Source: a phage
Sequence record: PZ445523.1
Length of the DNA: 64,000 nucleotides
Strand: one strand, 5' to 3'
In this document: positions 54,809 through 64,000 of the stretch, piece by piece
Layout of the letters: every line of letters begins with the position of its first letter
How positions within the stretch are numbered: position 1 is the first letter of the stretch
Translations under genes and position numbers: made by a program
The notes under the pieces: model-generated
Database searches by the model: none
What the model was told of the DNA's origin: nothing
What the model saw: only the letters and a program-made list of their open reading frames with translations

Positions 54809-57754
54809 ATGGCTACTTTAAAACAAATACAATTTAAAAGAAGCAAAACCGCAGGTCAACGTCCTGCTGCTTCAGTATTAGCCGAAGGTGAATTGGCTAT
54901 AAACTTAAAAGATAAAACAATTTTCACAAAAGATGACTCAGGTAGTGTTATAGAATTAGGTTTAAAATATGGAGGAACAATTGATGGTTCTTTAACTGTT
55001 AATGGAAGCATAATTGGAAATTTAACAGGTAACGCTGCAACTGCAACGAAATTAAAAACAGCACGAAAAATTAATGGTATATCCTTTGATGGGTCAAAAG
55101 ATATCACGCTAACTCCATCTGACATAAATGTCAATAGCACAACGTTTATAAAAAATAACGGCGAATTACCTGTTGATGCTAATTTAGATGAGTATGGGCC
55201 TGTTGAAGAATATCTTGGAGTTTGGTCGAAAGCAACTTCAACCAACGCTCAACCAGCAAATAAATTTCCAGAAGAAAATGCTGTAGGTGTTCTAGAAGTA
55301 TTTGTGGCCGGTCAATTTGCTGGTACTCAGAGATATACAACTAGATACGGAAATGTTTATATTCGTTCCTTGACTGCTACATGGAACGGAGTAAACGGTC
55401 CGTGGAGTGCGTGGCGAAATATTCAATCTGGTACTCGTCCACTGTCAACAACGATTGATCTTAATGATCTAGGAGGCGCTGAACACCTTGGTTTGTGGCG
55501 AAATAGTTCAAATTCCATTGCTACCTTTGACAGAAATTTCCCAGAAGAAGGATCGTCCGCTCAAGGACTTTTAGAAGTATATGAAGGTGGAAACTATTCT
55601 CGCACACAGAGATATACGACCAGATTTGGTGTTGTTTATACTCGTTGTCTTGCTGCTGCGTGGGATGCTTCTGCGCCTAAATGGGGACCTTGGCAACAAG
55701 TCGGTAATGTCACACCGGCGACTTTCTATGACGGAGATCTGAATGATTTTAAAATTCCTGGGTTATATAATATTTTAGGCACTGATGCCGTTATTAACTG
55801 TCCTACCGGTGAAGGTTTGCCGACTGTTATTGTTGGTTTGCTGGAAGTTAAACAGCGCGCTTCTGGCGGTGCTATTTTCCAAAAATTTACTACTGCCGGA
55901 ACGGGTTCAACTACTCGCGATCGTATTTTTGAGCGTGCATATACTGGTGGTGCGTGGGGTGCATGGAACGAAGTATATACATCTTATTCCCTGCCAATTA
56001 CTTTGGGTATGGGTGGTATTAAAGCTCAATTAGCGGAGTTAGATTGGCAAACATTTGATTTTGTTCCTGGTAGTATGTTTAGCGTTCCTTTGAACAAAAT
56101 AAAGAACATGCCAGCAAATATGAATTGGGGCACGATTGATGGAAACCTGGTTATGTTTTCCGTTGGTCCTAGCGAACACACTGGCACAGGACGTACTGTT
56201 CAGATTTGGCGCGGCACCGTATCCCAGACAAACTACCGTTATTTTGTCGTTCGTGTATTTGGTAATTCAGGAAATAGAACTTGCACAGTTCGCCGTGTTG
56301 TTCTTGAAGACGGATCACATACTTGGACTGCTCAACAAAACTTTAGGGGATTGCTGAATATCACTGCTGCTGTTAATCTTGGTGCTAATCAGAAAATTTC
56401 ACTTGCTCCAGGAGCATATATTCAAGCCCCTGCTAGCGGTTCTGGTTCTAATACTTACGCAAATCAGAATACTACCATTGCACCATTATATCAGGCCATT
56501 GACGATTCAAATAAAAACCAGTTTGCACCAATTGTTAAACAGAAAAACACTGTAAGTAATATCACCTTTGCCACTGGTATGGCTATAGGTACATCCGAAT
56601 ATAAGATCATTGCTCAGGGTGATTTATCCGCTAATGGAACAGCAGATGGGTTAAAACAATGGACTTTCATGCCGTCAGGTTATTTTAAATCTCCAGGGCG
56701 TGTATATGTTGGTGATGCGTTCCTTAATACAGATGGTAATATTGCCGGTTCAATCTGGAAGAAATATAACAATGCGACAAATTTAGATGCTGCCTTGAAT
56801 ACTCGCGTAGGTAAAGGCGGTGATACGATGACAGGTCGGTTAACAATCAATGCACCTAATGATTCTATTGTATTATCAACAACTGCTAGTAATTCTTTGT
56901 ATATTCGCGGTGACATAGACGGGACTGGTAACTGGTATATTGGCAAGGGTGGTGCTGATAATTCGCTAGCATTTTATAGCTATGCTTCTCAGGCGGCAGT
57001 ACATATCACAAACAATGGTGAGATTGCGTTAAACCCGCAAAATACCGCAATGGTTAACGTTAACCGCGACCGTGTACACATTAACGGTTCTGGATGGATT
57101 GCTAGACAACCGGGTGATTGGGGCAACCAATGGCGAGTAGAAGCTCCATTATTCGTTGATCATGGTTATGTTGGTCAAGATAGTTATTATCCTATTCTTA
57201 AAGCAAGAAGCGTTATAACCAATCAAGGATATAGCACCGCTGTTGACTTTGGTATGCGTCGTATTCCATCACAGTGGGGGCAAGCAATCATTCGTGTCGG
57301 ATCCACGGAGGCTTCTCCTGATGCTGGACACCCACAAGCTGTGTTTGAATTCCATCATGATGGATTCTTTTATACACCAGGAAATGGTAGCTTTAGCGAT
57401 GTGTATATTCGTTCTGACTCCCGTCTCAAGATTAATAAAGAAGAATTAGAATATGGAGCAGTCGAAAAAGTTTGCCGACTGAAAGTTTATATTTACGATA
57501 AAGTTAAGTCTATTAAAGACCGTAGTGTTATTAAACGTGAAGTTGGTATTATTGCTCAGGACCTTGAAAAGGAATTACCGGAAGCTGTATCTAAAGTTGA
57601 AGTTGATGGATCTGATGTTCTGACAATTTCTAACTCTGCTGTGAATGCTCTTTTAATTAAGGCTATTCAGGAAATGAGTGAAGAAATTAAAGAATTGAAA
57701 ACGCCTCTCTTTACTAAAATTGCTCGCAAAATTAGTAAATATTTTAAATTCTAA
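54809..57754 (+). CDS. 37: long tail fibre distal subunit
   Basis: 981-aa ORF with N-terminal similarity to gp36-type repeats; shorter than the 1026 aa of T4 gp37. Confidence 0.85.
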   Translation: MATLKQIQFKRSKTAGQRPAASVLAEGELAINLKDKTIFTKDDSGSVIELGLKYGGTIDGSLTVNGSIIGNLTGNAATATKLKTARKINGISFDGSKDITLTPSDINVNSTTFIKNNGELPVDANLDEYGPVEEYLGVWSKATSTNAQPANKFPEENAVGVLEVFVAGQFAGTQRYTTRYGNVYIRSLTATWNGVNGPWSAWRNIQSGTRPLSTTIDLNDLGGAEHLGLWRNSSNSIATFDRNFPEEGSSAQGLLEVYEGGNYSRTQRYTTRFGVVYTRCLAAAWDASAPKWGPWQQVGNVTPATFYDGDLNDFKIPGLYNILGTDAVINCPTGEGLPTVIVGLLEVKQRASGGAIFQKFTTAGTGSTTRDRIFERAYTGGAWGAWNEVYTSYSLPITLGMGGIKAQLAELDWQTFDFVPGSMFSVPLNKIKNMPANMNWGTIDGNLVMFSVGPSEHTGTGRTVQIWRGTVSQTNYRYFVVRVFGNSGNRTCTVRRVVLEDGSHTWTAQQNFRGLLNITAAVNLGANQKISLAPGAYIQAPASGSGSNTYANQNTTIAPLYQAIDDSNKNQFAPIVKQKNTVSNITFATGMAIGTSEYKIIAQGDLSANGTADGLKQWTFMPSGYFKSPGRVYVGDAFLNTDGNIAGSIWKKYNNATNLDAALNTRVGKGGDTMTGRLTINAPNDSIVLSTTASNSLYIRGDIDGTGNWYIGKGGADNSLAFYSYASQAAVHITNNGEIALNPQNTAMVNVNRDRVHINGSGWIARQPGDWGNQWRVEAPLFVDHGYVGQDSYYPILKARSVITNQGYSTAVDFGMRRIPSQWGQAIIRVGSTEASPDAGHPQAVFEFHHDGFFYTPGNGSFSDVYIRSDSRLKINKEELEYGAVEKVCRLKVYIYDKVKSIKDRSVIKREVGIIAQDLEKELPEAVSKVEVDGSDVLTISNSAVNALLIKAIQEMSEEIKELKTPLFTKIARKISKYFKF

Positions 57755-57790
57755 CAACAAGGGGGAAATGCCCCCTTTGGAGTATAAATT

Positions 57791-58573
57791 ATGGCAGTAG
57801 TTGGAGTTCCTGGCTGGATTGGAAGTTCAGCCGTAAATGAAACGGGTCAGCGCTGGATGAGTCAAGCGGCTGGTCAATTAAGATTGGGTGTTCCTTGCTG
57901 GATGAGTCAATTTGCAGGTCGCTCACGAGAAATTATTCACACGCTTGGAGCAGACCATAACTTCAATGGTCAATGGTTCCGAGATAGATGTTTTGAGGCA
58001 GGTAGTGCACCTATAGTGTTTAATATTACAGGTGATTTAGTATCATATTCTAAAGATGTTCCTTTATTCTTCATGTACGGAGATACACCAAATGAATATG
58101 TTCAGTTAAATATACATGGCGTAACGATGTATGGTCGTGGAGGTAATGGTGGTAGCAATAGTCCTGGCTCAGCTGGGGGTCATTGTATTCAAAACGATAT
58201 TGGTGGGAGACTAAGAATTAATAATGGCGGAGCTATTGCAGGCGGCGGTGGCGGCGGTGGCGGCGGATATTATTCTCCTTTTTCACAAATGAGATTGACC
58301 TTTGGCGGTGGTGGCGGTCGTCCTTTTGGTGCGCCAGGCGGATCTATTGATATGCAATCAGGCGCGACTGGTGGTACTATTTCTTCACCTGGCTCAGGAT
58401 CCGTGAATGGTATCTATAATGGTGGAAACGGTGGTGAAGTAGGTTCCGCGGGAGGTAGATGCAATATTCGCGGTCAAGGATCTGAATATGATGGCGGTGC
58501 TGCTGGTTATGCTGTCATAGGGTCCGCTCCAACATGGCAAAATGTTGGAGCAATATATGGTCCAAGAGTATAA
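57791..58573 (+). CDS. 38: tail fibre adhesin gp38 (T2-type, glycine-rich motifs)
   Basis: 260-aa [28 protein letters not shown]... with several poly-Gly motifs in the C-terminal half. Confidence 0.8.
   Translation: MAVVGVPGWIGSSAVNETGQRWMSQAAGQLRLGVPCWMSQFAGRSREIIHTLGADHNFNGQWFRDRCFEAGSAPIVFNITGDLVSYSKDVPLFFMYGDTPNEYVQLNIHGVTMYGRGGNGGSNSPGSAGGHCIQNDIGGRLRINNGGAIAGGGGGGGGGYYSPFSQMRLTFGGGGGRPFGAPGGSIDMQSGATGGTISSPGSGSVNGIYNGGNGGEVGSAGGRCNIRGQGSEYDGGAAGYAVIGSAPTWQNVGAIYGPRV
58241..58267 (+). repeat. tandem 9-nt Gly-codon repeat (GGCGGCGGT x3) inside gene 38
   Basis: ggcggcggtggcggcggtggcggcgga encodes a GGGGGGGGG run. Confidence 0.8.
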
Positions 58574-58603
58574 TGTGAATAAATACCCTTAAAAGGAGGG
58601 TCT

Positions 58604-59260
58604 ATGGCAGCACCTAGAATATCATTTTCGCCCTCTGATATTCTATTTGGTGTTCTAGATCGCTTGTTCAAAGATAATGCTACCGGGAAAGTTCTTGCTT
58701 CCCGGGTAGCTGTCGTAATTCTTTTGTTTATAATGGCGATTGTATGGTATAGGGGAGATAGTTTCTTTGAGTACTATAAGCAATCAAAGTATGAAACATA
58801 CAGTGAAATTATTGAAAAGGAAAGAAATGCACGCTTTGAATCTGTCGCCCTGGAACAACTCCAGATAGTTCATATATCATCTGAGGCAGACTTTAGTGCG
58901 GTGTATTCTTTCCGCCCTAAAAACTTAAACTATTTTGTTGATATTATAGCATACGAAGGAAAATTACCTTCAACAATAAGTGAAAAATCACTTGGAGGAT
59001 ATCCTGTCGATAAAACTATGGATGAATATACAGTTCATTTAAATGGACGTCATTATTATTCCAGCTCAAAATTTGCTTTTTTACCAACTAAAAAGCCTAC
59101 TCCCGAAATAAACTACATGTACAGTTGTCCATATTTTAATTTGGATAATATCTATGCTGGAACGATAACCATGTACTGGTATAGAAATGATCATATAAGT
59201 AATGACCGCCTTGAATCAATATGTGCTCAGGCGGCCAGAATATTAGGAAGGGCTAAATAA
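58604..59260 (+). CDS. t: holin T
   Basis: 218-aa ORF with single N-terminal TM segment and large periplasmic domain. Confidence 0.9.
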   Translation: MAAPRISFSPSDILFGVLDRLFKDNATGKVLASRVAVVILLFIMAIVWYRGDSFFEYYKQSKYETYSEIIEKERNARFESVALEQLQIVHISSEADFSAVYSFRPKNLNYFVDIIAYEGKLPSTISEKSLGGYPVDKTMDEYTVHLNGRHYYSSSKFAFLPTKKPTPEINYMYSCPYFNLDNIYAGTITMYWYRNDHISNDRLESICAQAARILGRAK

Positions 59261-59533
59261 TTATTTGTTCGTATACATCTCTAGATATCGATATACACCC
59301 TCAAAACCCTCGTTGAATTCGTCGATGAGGGTTTTCTTATCTTCTTGAGTTAATTCAGAAACAATTTTACGGAATGAATTCTGATTTAACTTTCTACCTT
59401 CATGCGTTACTCCAATCTCATTCAGAAATGCAATAAAATTAGCACGATTTTCAACAATATCTTCTCTGGAAAATTTAATCAAAATAGATGCAACAGTAAT
59501 AATTTCACGAACTGTATCAATGTTTTTATTCAT
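59261..59533 (-). CDS. asiA: anti-sigma-70 factor AsiA
   Basis: 90-aa ORF MNKNIDTVREIITVASILIKFSRED... Confidence 0.9.
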   Translation of the reverse strand: MNKNIDTVREIITVASILIKFSREDIVENRANFIAFLNEIGVTHEGRKLNQNSFRKIVSELTQEDKKTLIDEFNEGFEGVYRYLEMYTNK

Positions 59534-59545
59534 TAACTATACCAC

Positions 59546-59698
59546 TCAATTAGTTGACTTTGTTATAATATCATCAGACGCTTGATTTGTAAACTGGTCT
59601 GTGTTATTTTCTTCAAAAATTTTTTCTACGAATTCCTTGAACGACTCACGTTCCTGGGCTACATTATGCTCGATTACCTTTTCAAGATTATGACTCAT
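59546..59698 (-). CDS. small ORF overlapping the asiA early promoter (asiA.1 position)
   Basis: 50-aa ORF read by hand, ATGA-coupled to upstream ORF; may not be translated. Confidence 0.3.
   Translation of the reverse strand: MSHNLEKVIEHNVAQERESFKEFVEKIFEENNTDQFTNQASDDIITKSTN
59565..59594 (-). promoter_or_regulatory. early promoter for asiA
   Basis: GTTTAC, 18-nt spacer, TGATATTAT. Confidence 0.5.
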
Positions 59699-59973
59699 TC
59701 GAAATAATCTTCAATTTCGTAATCATGGACATAAATCATTATAGTTTTTAATACATCATCGATACTTTTTCCTGGAGCTGGAATTACGTAGAAATATCCT
59801 GCTTTTGAGAGGTCTTTATAAGTTCCAATCAAGAAATCATTATTCTCAAGATGTAGTTCTTCAACTAATTCATTGACAATTGAGTGGTATAAATTTGGTA
59901 GAAACTTATATAGCTTTTCTAGAATATCAATTTTGATTGTGTATTGAACCACAGACTGAGAATCAATAATCAT
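59695..59973 (-). CDS. arn: anti-restriction nuclease Arn-like protein
   Basis: 92-aa acidic ORF at the T4 arn position with GGGGAAGG RBS. Confidence 0.6.
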   Translation of the reverse strand: MIIDSQSVVQYTIKIDILEKLYKFLPNLYHSIVNELVEELHLENNDFLIGTYKDLSKAGYFYVIPAPGKSIDDVLKTIMIYVHDYEIEDYFE

Positions 59974-60056
59974 AGACCTTCCCCTTATGTTTCTGTTTGC
60001 GATTAGATTCTTTAAACGCTTTCTTCTTATCCTTATGAACAGAAGCTTTATTAAAA

Positions 60057-60275
60057 TTATGTTTTGCGACTAAATTGTTCATAGTGCTGAATTACCTCTC
60101 TTAAACATTTGCATGTGAATGAAAACTTTTTAGCTACACCACATTCAAATATATGTTCTCTTAAATCGCGCGTATCGGTATATCCCATCTCAACAATAAA
60201 ATGCCGTATTAGATTTTTATCTTTATCATTGAGAGAATTAAAATAATCGGATTTTGAATTAATTTCCCTGGCCAA
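60057..60275 (-). CDS. hypothetical protein (arn.1 position)
   Basis: 72-aa ORF. Confidence 0.45.
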   Translation of the reverse strand: MAREINSKSDYFNSLNDKDKNLIRHFIVEMGYTDTRDLREHIFECGVAKKFSFTCKCLREVIQHYEQFSRKT

Positions 60276-60555
60276 ATTGAATCACCTTCAGTTGACGTTT
60301 TAGTTCTTTTATCATCTCTTCGTTCATCGCAATATAAAGATCGCGTAAAGCAGGTTTTAACATTCCATTTACTGGAGAACTAAATGGACATACATAATCT
60401 TTTCCTACAAGCTTTTTGGTGAATTCCATATCACAGAACTTAAATCCCGGCTCATTGGTATAAATTCCCCAATTAGTTGACATCATTTTATTAGCATATT
60501 CCAGTGCCTGGATTTGATTCATAATTCCATCAATTTGAAACTTTTTAATATTCAT
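60259..60555 (-). CDS. hypothetical protein (arn.2 position)
   Basis: 98-aa ORF. Confidence 0.45.
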   Translation of the reverse strand: MNIKKFQIDGIMNQIQALEYANKMMSTNWGIYTNEPGFKFCDMEFTKKLVGKDYVCPFSSPVNGMLKPALRDLYIAMNEEMIKELKRQLKVIQFGQGN

Positions 60556-61016
60556 TAGTAAAGGTCCTCAGAGTACAGTTCTTTTTCACTACCACCACGT
60601 TCAATACGTACTTGTCCAGCGTAAGTTGCAATAATCATTGCTTCTTCACGTGTCCAATAATTACTATATTGGTCAATAAACCCTTGGTCATCATCACAAA
60701 CTTGTTGAGTAACTAATTGAGGTTTAACTACATCTAAAACTTCTGCCATATCTTTAGAATAATGACGAGCACCTGGAATAATAAGAATTCGTCCATCTTT
60801 TAATTTAAAACGATTAGCTGCGCAGACAATTCGTCGTTGATACTTTTGGTTTTCATCCCAGTACGCAGTCTGCCAACAGATTTCAGGAACTTCTTTCAGA
60901 ATATCTTCTTCTGTGCATTTATAACCATGCGCTTTAAATTTTTGAACAAGACTCTCCGGAGTCTCACGAGATAAAGGAACATTTAGCATTTTTAAACGAT
61001 TAATAAATGGGTTCAT
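60555..61016 (-). CDS. hypothetical protein (arn.3 position)
   Basis: 153-aa ORF. Confidence 0.5.
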   Translation of the reverse strand: MNPFINRLKMLNVPLSRETPESLVQKFKAHGYKCTEEDILKEVPEICWQTAYWDENQKYQRRIVCAANRFKLKDGRILIIPGARHYSKDMAEVLDVVKPQLVTQQVCDDDQGFIDQYSNYWTREEAMIIATYAGQVRIERGGSEKELYSEDLY

Positions 61017-61342
61017 TTAAACCATCCTTTAATACGTTGCCACAAAGTTTTCTGCTGAGCTTTGTTAACACCAATTGAACGAATAACTGGTTGAGATTCC
61101 TGAAATTCTTTATAATCAGCAAGGTAAATTTCGTAAGCTGCATCTGTAAATGAACTTATCGCTGCCATAAAATTATTACGAATACCTATTGGAGCATCTT
61201 TACTTTCACGAATAATCATATATTTACCAGTCTTAATCTTTACAATAGTTCCAAGATAAGCTCCATGGTACCAAATATCCCAACCCTCTTGAGTAGGTTC
61301 TGCACAACGACGAAGTTCATTGACAATTTCTAACTTGTTCAT
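61013..61342 (-). CDS. hypothetical protein (arn.4 position)
   Basis: 109-aa ORF. Confidence 0.5.
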   Translation of the reverse strand: MNKLEIVNELRRCAEPTQEGWDIWYHGAYLGTIVKIKTGKYMIIRESKDAPIGIRNNFMAAISSFTDAAYEIYLADYKEFQESQPVIRSIGVNKAQQKTLWQRIKGWFK

Positions 61343-61352
61343 TATTTATTCC

Positions 61353-61988
61353 TCACAGTTCAGATGCTACAGTGATTACAGCTTCAATGTTTTCTGCCGA
61401 GCGTTTAATGTCAAGATACACATTACCGTTTTTAGCGATTTTACATGACATTCCGATGTCAGTAAATTTCTGAATATGATGTTCCATCATTTTGTATCCA
61501 AAAATTCGCATATTTCCATTGTTGTTAATTTCAAAATTACGAATTCCGTGAGTACGTTTTTCTAAAATAGCGAGATAGTTACTACGATAAGTTTCAACCT
61601 TTTTAAGAACAAATCCATTTTCATCTAAAAGTTTTAACATGAAGTCTTTATCTTCTTCCATATCGGAAGTAATTTCGCGAGCTTTACGAGTTGCTCGTTT
61701 TTTCAGCAGTTCCGGAGCATTTTCTTGTGCGTATAAAGTTGCTGCATTTGAAATAATATCCTGAGCTTCGCCTGTAATGATTAATCCATCACCAGATTTC
61801 TCTACCAGGCCTTTTTTAATCAATACCCCAATATTACTATTAACTACTGCGTTACCTAAATCTGGATGCACCTCACGAACTTCTGCAGCTGTAATGAAAT
61901 CTTTCTTAGCAATAGTAATTAAAATCGCAGCAGTTTTTTCATTCAGAACATCGTTAGAAGCTTTGATGATGTAAGTTACTTTAGACAT
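61353..61988 (-). CDS. motA: middle-transcription activator MotA
   Basis: 211-aa ORF MSKVTYIIKASNDVLNEKTAAILITIAKKDF...; early promoter and terminator upstream. Confidence 0.9.
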   Translation of the reverse strand: MSKVTYIIKASNDVLNEKTAAILITIAKKDFITAAEVREVHPDLGNAVVNSNIGVLIKKGLVEKSGDGLIITGEAQDIISNAATLYAQENAPELLKKRATRKAREITSDMEEDKDFMLKLLDENGFVLKKVETYRSNYLAILEKRTHGIRNFEINNNGNMRIFGYKMMEHHIQKFTDIGMSCKIAKNGNVYLDIKRSAENIEAVITVASEL

Positions 61989-62029
61989 TTTCTAATCTCC
62001 GTAATTCTGTATCAGTAGTTGATAGTTGT

Positions 62030-62059
62030 ATAGTACCACAGTATGCTTTGGTTGTAAAC
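62030..62059 (-). promoter_or_regulatory. early promoter for motA
   Basis: AT-rich UP region, GTTTAC, 18-nt spacer, TGGTACTAT; sequence nearly identical to the 45132-45161 promoter. Confidence 0.6.
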
Positions 62060-62087
62060 CATTTTGTGAAAAAAATTAAAATAAAAA

Positions 62088-62107
62088 GGGAGAGCCGAGG
62101 CTCTCCC
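62088..62107 (-). terminator. intrinsic terminator upstream of the motA promoter
   Basis: GGGAGAGCC-TC-GGCTCTCCC followed by TTTTTATTTT on minus strand. Confidence 0.65.
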
Positions 62108-62112
62108 TAAAA

Positions 62113-62262
62113 TTACTGCATGACTGTGATAACTATCATGATAACACGTTGAATTCCGAACGCAAGAAGACCTCCTGCTACGGCTGGAACAACACCTAAC
62201 CCCGCAAGTAAAATGCTACCAGATACTAATGCAGCGCTTGTAATACCAATGAATGGACTCAT
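62113..62262 (-). CDS. small hydrophobic membrane peptide (motA.1 position)
   Basis: 49-aa ORF MSPFIGITSAALVSGSILLAGLGVVPAVAGG..., ATGA-coupled to gene 52 stop. Confidence 0.35.
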   Translation of the reverse strand: MSPFIGITSAALVSGSILLAGLGVVPAVAGGLLAFGIQRVIMIVITVMQ

Positions 62263-63587
62263 TTGATTTCCTCTAAATCTTTGGTGTATTCTGTAACTAC
62301 ATCAGTAGTTTTCCAATATTCGTTTTCTTCTTTTTTAGCTTTAGCTTCTTCAGCAAGTTTCTTCGCTTCATCGGAAGTCATATGAAAAATATTCATTCCA
62401 ACTAGTTTATCAACATAAGAAGAATACATATCAATTTTAGAAAGTTCTTCGGTCAGTTCTTTACGAGTTTTACCCTGTACAACAATTTCACCTGAAATTA
62501 CTTTCTTAATGAAATGTGCCTTGGCAAAGGCTAAACGAAAAGCTGACTCAGTTTCTTTAATTTTGTTATCAATTCGTTTTTGGACATAAGTTTTACGAAC
62601 TTCAACGAAGTCTTTAATTAAATCAACTACGTTATCGTAAACTTGTAGCTTTCCTTTCTCATTAATGACGGTAATATTCTGAGAACGACGCTCAATCAGT
62701 CCGAAGTCTTTCATAATTTTTGCATGGCGTTCTTCTTCGTTATCGCTCAAAGAATATTCTTTACGGAATTTAACTTTGAATCCAAAACCATGCTCACCAC
62801 AAGCATCATCCCATGTAATGAAGCCTTTATCTTCAAGTGGATCTAAGATTTTACTCACATAAGTTTCACGATCATACTTATACGGAATCTCAGTGATATG
62901 CATTTGAGTTCGTGAAGTAAACTTATATGTTCCACGAATTTCATATTGACCGTCAATCTCAACGACTTCACCACGAAATTCTGGGAATTCTACCTTTGGT
63001 TTAGTTACTTTCTTTCCTTGAAGAGCTTGTAATACAGCTTTCTTAACAGAAGAAACACTATGAGGAAGAATGTAAGTTGCATAACCAGTTGCAATACCGG
63101 AAACACCATTAAGAAGAACGGTAGGAATAATAGGCAAATAGAAAGCAGGCGGAATGTGTTCTTTATCTTGATGTACCGGAGCATACTCAGTATCTTTATA
63201 TACGTTATAGAAATTTTTACTTACACGAGCAAAAATATAACGACTTGCCGCTGCTTTTTGAACGGTACGAGAACCAAAGTTTCCTTGACCATCTAACAAA
63301 GGAAAGTTATTATTCCAAGTATTAGCCATCAAAGCTCCCGCATCTTGTGCAGAGTTTTCGCCATGATGATATCCAAGGTCCGCTACACCACCTGCGATAG
63401 AAGCGAGTTTGTGAAACTTATCTTTATTCCCTCGTGCCAAATCAAGAGCTCGAGCAATAACAAATCGTTGAACTGGCTTAAATCCATCAATCATATTTGG
63501 GATAGCACGATTTTCAACCGTGTACATAGCATAAGCCAATGCTTCATTATCAATGATACTTTTTAAATCGCGATTATTCAGTTGCAT
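62259..63587 (-). CDS. 52: DNA topoisomerase II medium subunit
   Basis: 442-aa GyrA-like N-terminal domain ORF, T4 gp52 size. Confidence 0.9.
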   Translation of the reverse strand: MQLNNRDLKSIIDNEALAYAMYTVENRAIPNMIDGFKPVQRFVIARALDLARGNKDKFHKLASIAGGVADLGYHHGENSAQDAGALMANTWNNNFPLLDGQGNFGSRTVQKAAASRYIFARVSKNFYNVYKDTEYAPVHQDKEHIPPAFYLPIIPTVLLNGVSGIATGYATYILPHSVSSVKKAVLQALQGKKVTKPKVEFPEFRGEVVEIDGQYEIRGTYKFTSRTQMHITEIPYKYDRETYVSKILDPLEDKGFITWDDACGEHGFGFKVKFRKEYSLSDNEEERHAKIMKDFGLIERRSQNITVINEKGKLQVYDNVVDLIKDFVEVRKTYVQKRIDNKIKETESAFRLAFAKAHFIKKVISGEIVVQGKTRKELTEELSKIDMYSSYVDKLVGMNIFHMTSDEAKKLAEEAKAKKEENEYWKTTDVVTEYTKDLEEIK

Positions 63588-63591
63588 AAAT

Positions 63592-63732
63592 TTACCATAC
63601 TAGTGAATGTAGTGCCATAATAACATCAGAAATGAAAAGCACGACTTGAATTAATCCTAACATTACTCCATAATATAATGCTACCAATAAAGTAGCAAGG
63701 GCTAATGAATAGCCCAAGATTTTCTTAATCAT
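63592..63732 (-). CDS. small hydrophobic membrane peptide
   Basis: 46-aa ORF MIKKILGYSLALATLLVALYYGVMLGLIQVV... read by hand. Confidence 0.3.
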   Translation of the reverse strand: MIKKILGYSLALATLLVALYYGVMLGLIQVVLFISDVIMALHSLVW

Positions 63733-63883
63733 TAGTAGATAACAACACAAATGTTAAATATGCACACATACCCTGGGCTAAAGCTTGTGAAAACACACTG
63801 CTAGCATCGATACAGATAGTTAAAACACATGCTACTATCCAACAAATAAATGAAATAACTCCTAATAATTTTGCAATATTCAT
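63726..63883 (-). CDS. small hydrophobic membrane protein, possibly ac
   Basis: 52-aa ORF MNIAKLLGVISFICWIVACVLTICIDASS..., between 52 and stp where T4 carries ac. Confidence 0.35.
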
Positions 63884-63890
63884 ATTTTCC

Positions 63891-63971
63891 TCACTGGCGT
63901 CCGAAGACGCCTTTAGTTTTAAGATTGTTACGATAGAACTGCATCACATGTTCGTTATGGAAATTACTCAT
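63891..63971 (-). CDS. stp: Stp peptide (activator of host PrrC anticodon nuclease)
   Basis: 26-aa [29 protein letters not shown] matches my recollection of T4 Stp; last six codons form a GGCGUC-UUCG-GACGCC hairpin. Confidence 0.75.
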
Positions 63972-64000
63972 TAATATGCCTGCAAAACAAATTTAAAGTT

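Noticed and set aside
58241-58320. GGC-rich tandem repeats considered as a CRISPR-like or non-coding microsatellite
   Set aside because: They are in frame within gene 38 and encode the glycine-rich motifs of the adhesin; no spacer/repeat array structure.

Overview
This window is a near-complete late/early gene block of a T4-like (T-even, Tequatrovirus-type) myovirus, running from the tail sheath gene 18 to stp. All calls rest on reading the six-frame ORFs, on synteny and on recalled T4 protein sequences and motifs; no database search was run and coordinates of short elements are approximate to a few nt. Plus-strand late modules: tail sheath/tube (18, 19), head morphogenesis (20, 67, 68, 21, 22, 23, 24), uvsW, baseplate hub (51, 27, 28, 29, 48, 54), long tail fibre (34, 35, 36, 37, 38) and holin t. 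Minus-strand early/middle modules: rnlB-hoc-inh, uvsY-25-26, alt, DNA ligase 30 with a run of small ORFs, 31, cd, pseT with the spanin pair, alc, rnlA, denA, nrdB, nrdA, td, frd, 32, a segG-position GIY-YIG-like ORF, 59, 33, dsbA, rnh, then asiA, arn, motA, 52 and stp. Regulatory signals are typical for T4: TATAAATA late promoters, GTTTAC/extended -10 early promoters, MotA-box middle promoters, UUCG-type terminator hairpins and the gene 32 translational operator. The phage is not T4 itself: td and nrdB are intron-less, no ORF sits at the T4 segD or segE positions, and gene 38 is the T2-type glycine-rich adhesin. I found no clearly new multi-gene system. The most distinctive observations are a 413-bp insertion with an orphan ORF splitting the normally overlapping frd-td junction, a duplicated early promoter-leader cassette 12.6 kb apart, the Gly-codon tandem repeat in the adhesin, and several blocks of uncharacterised small early ORFs.
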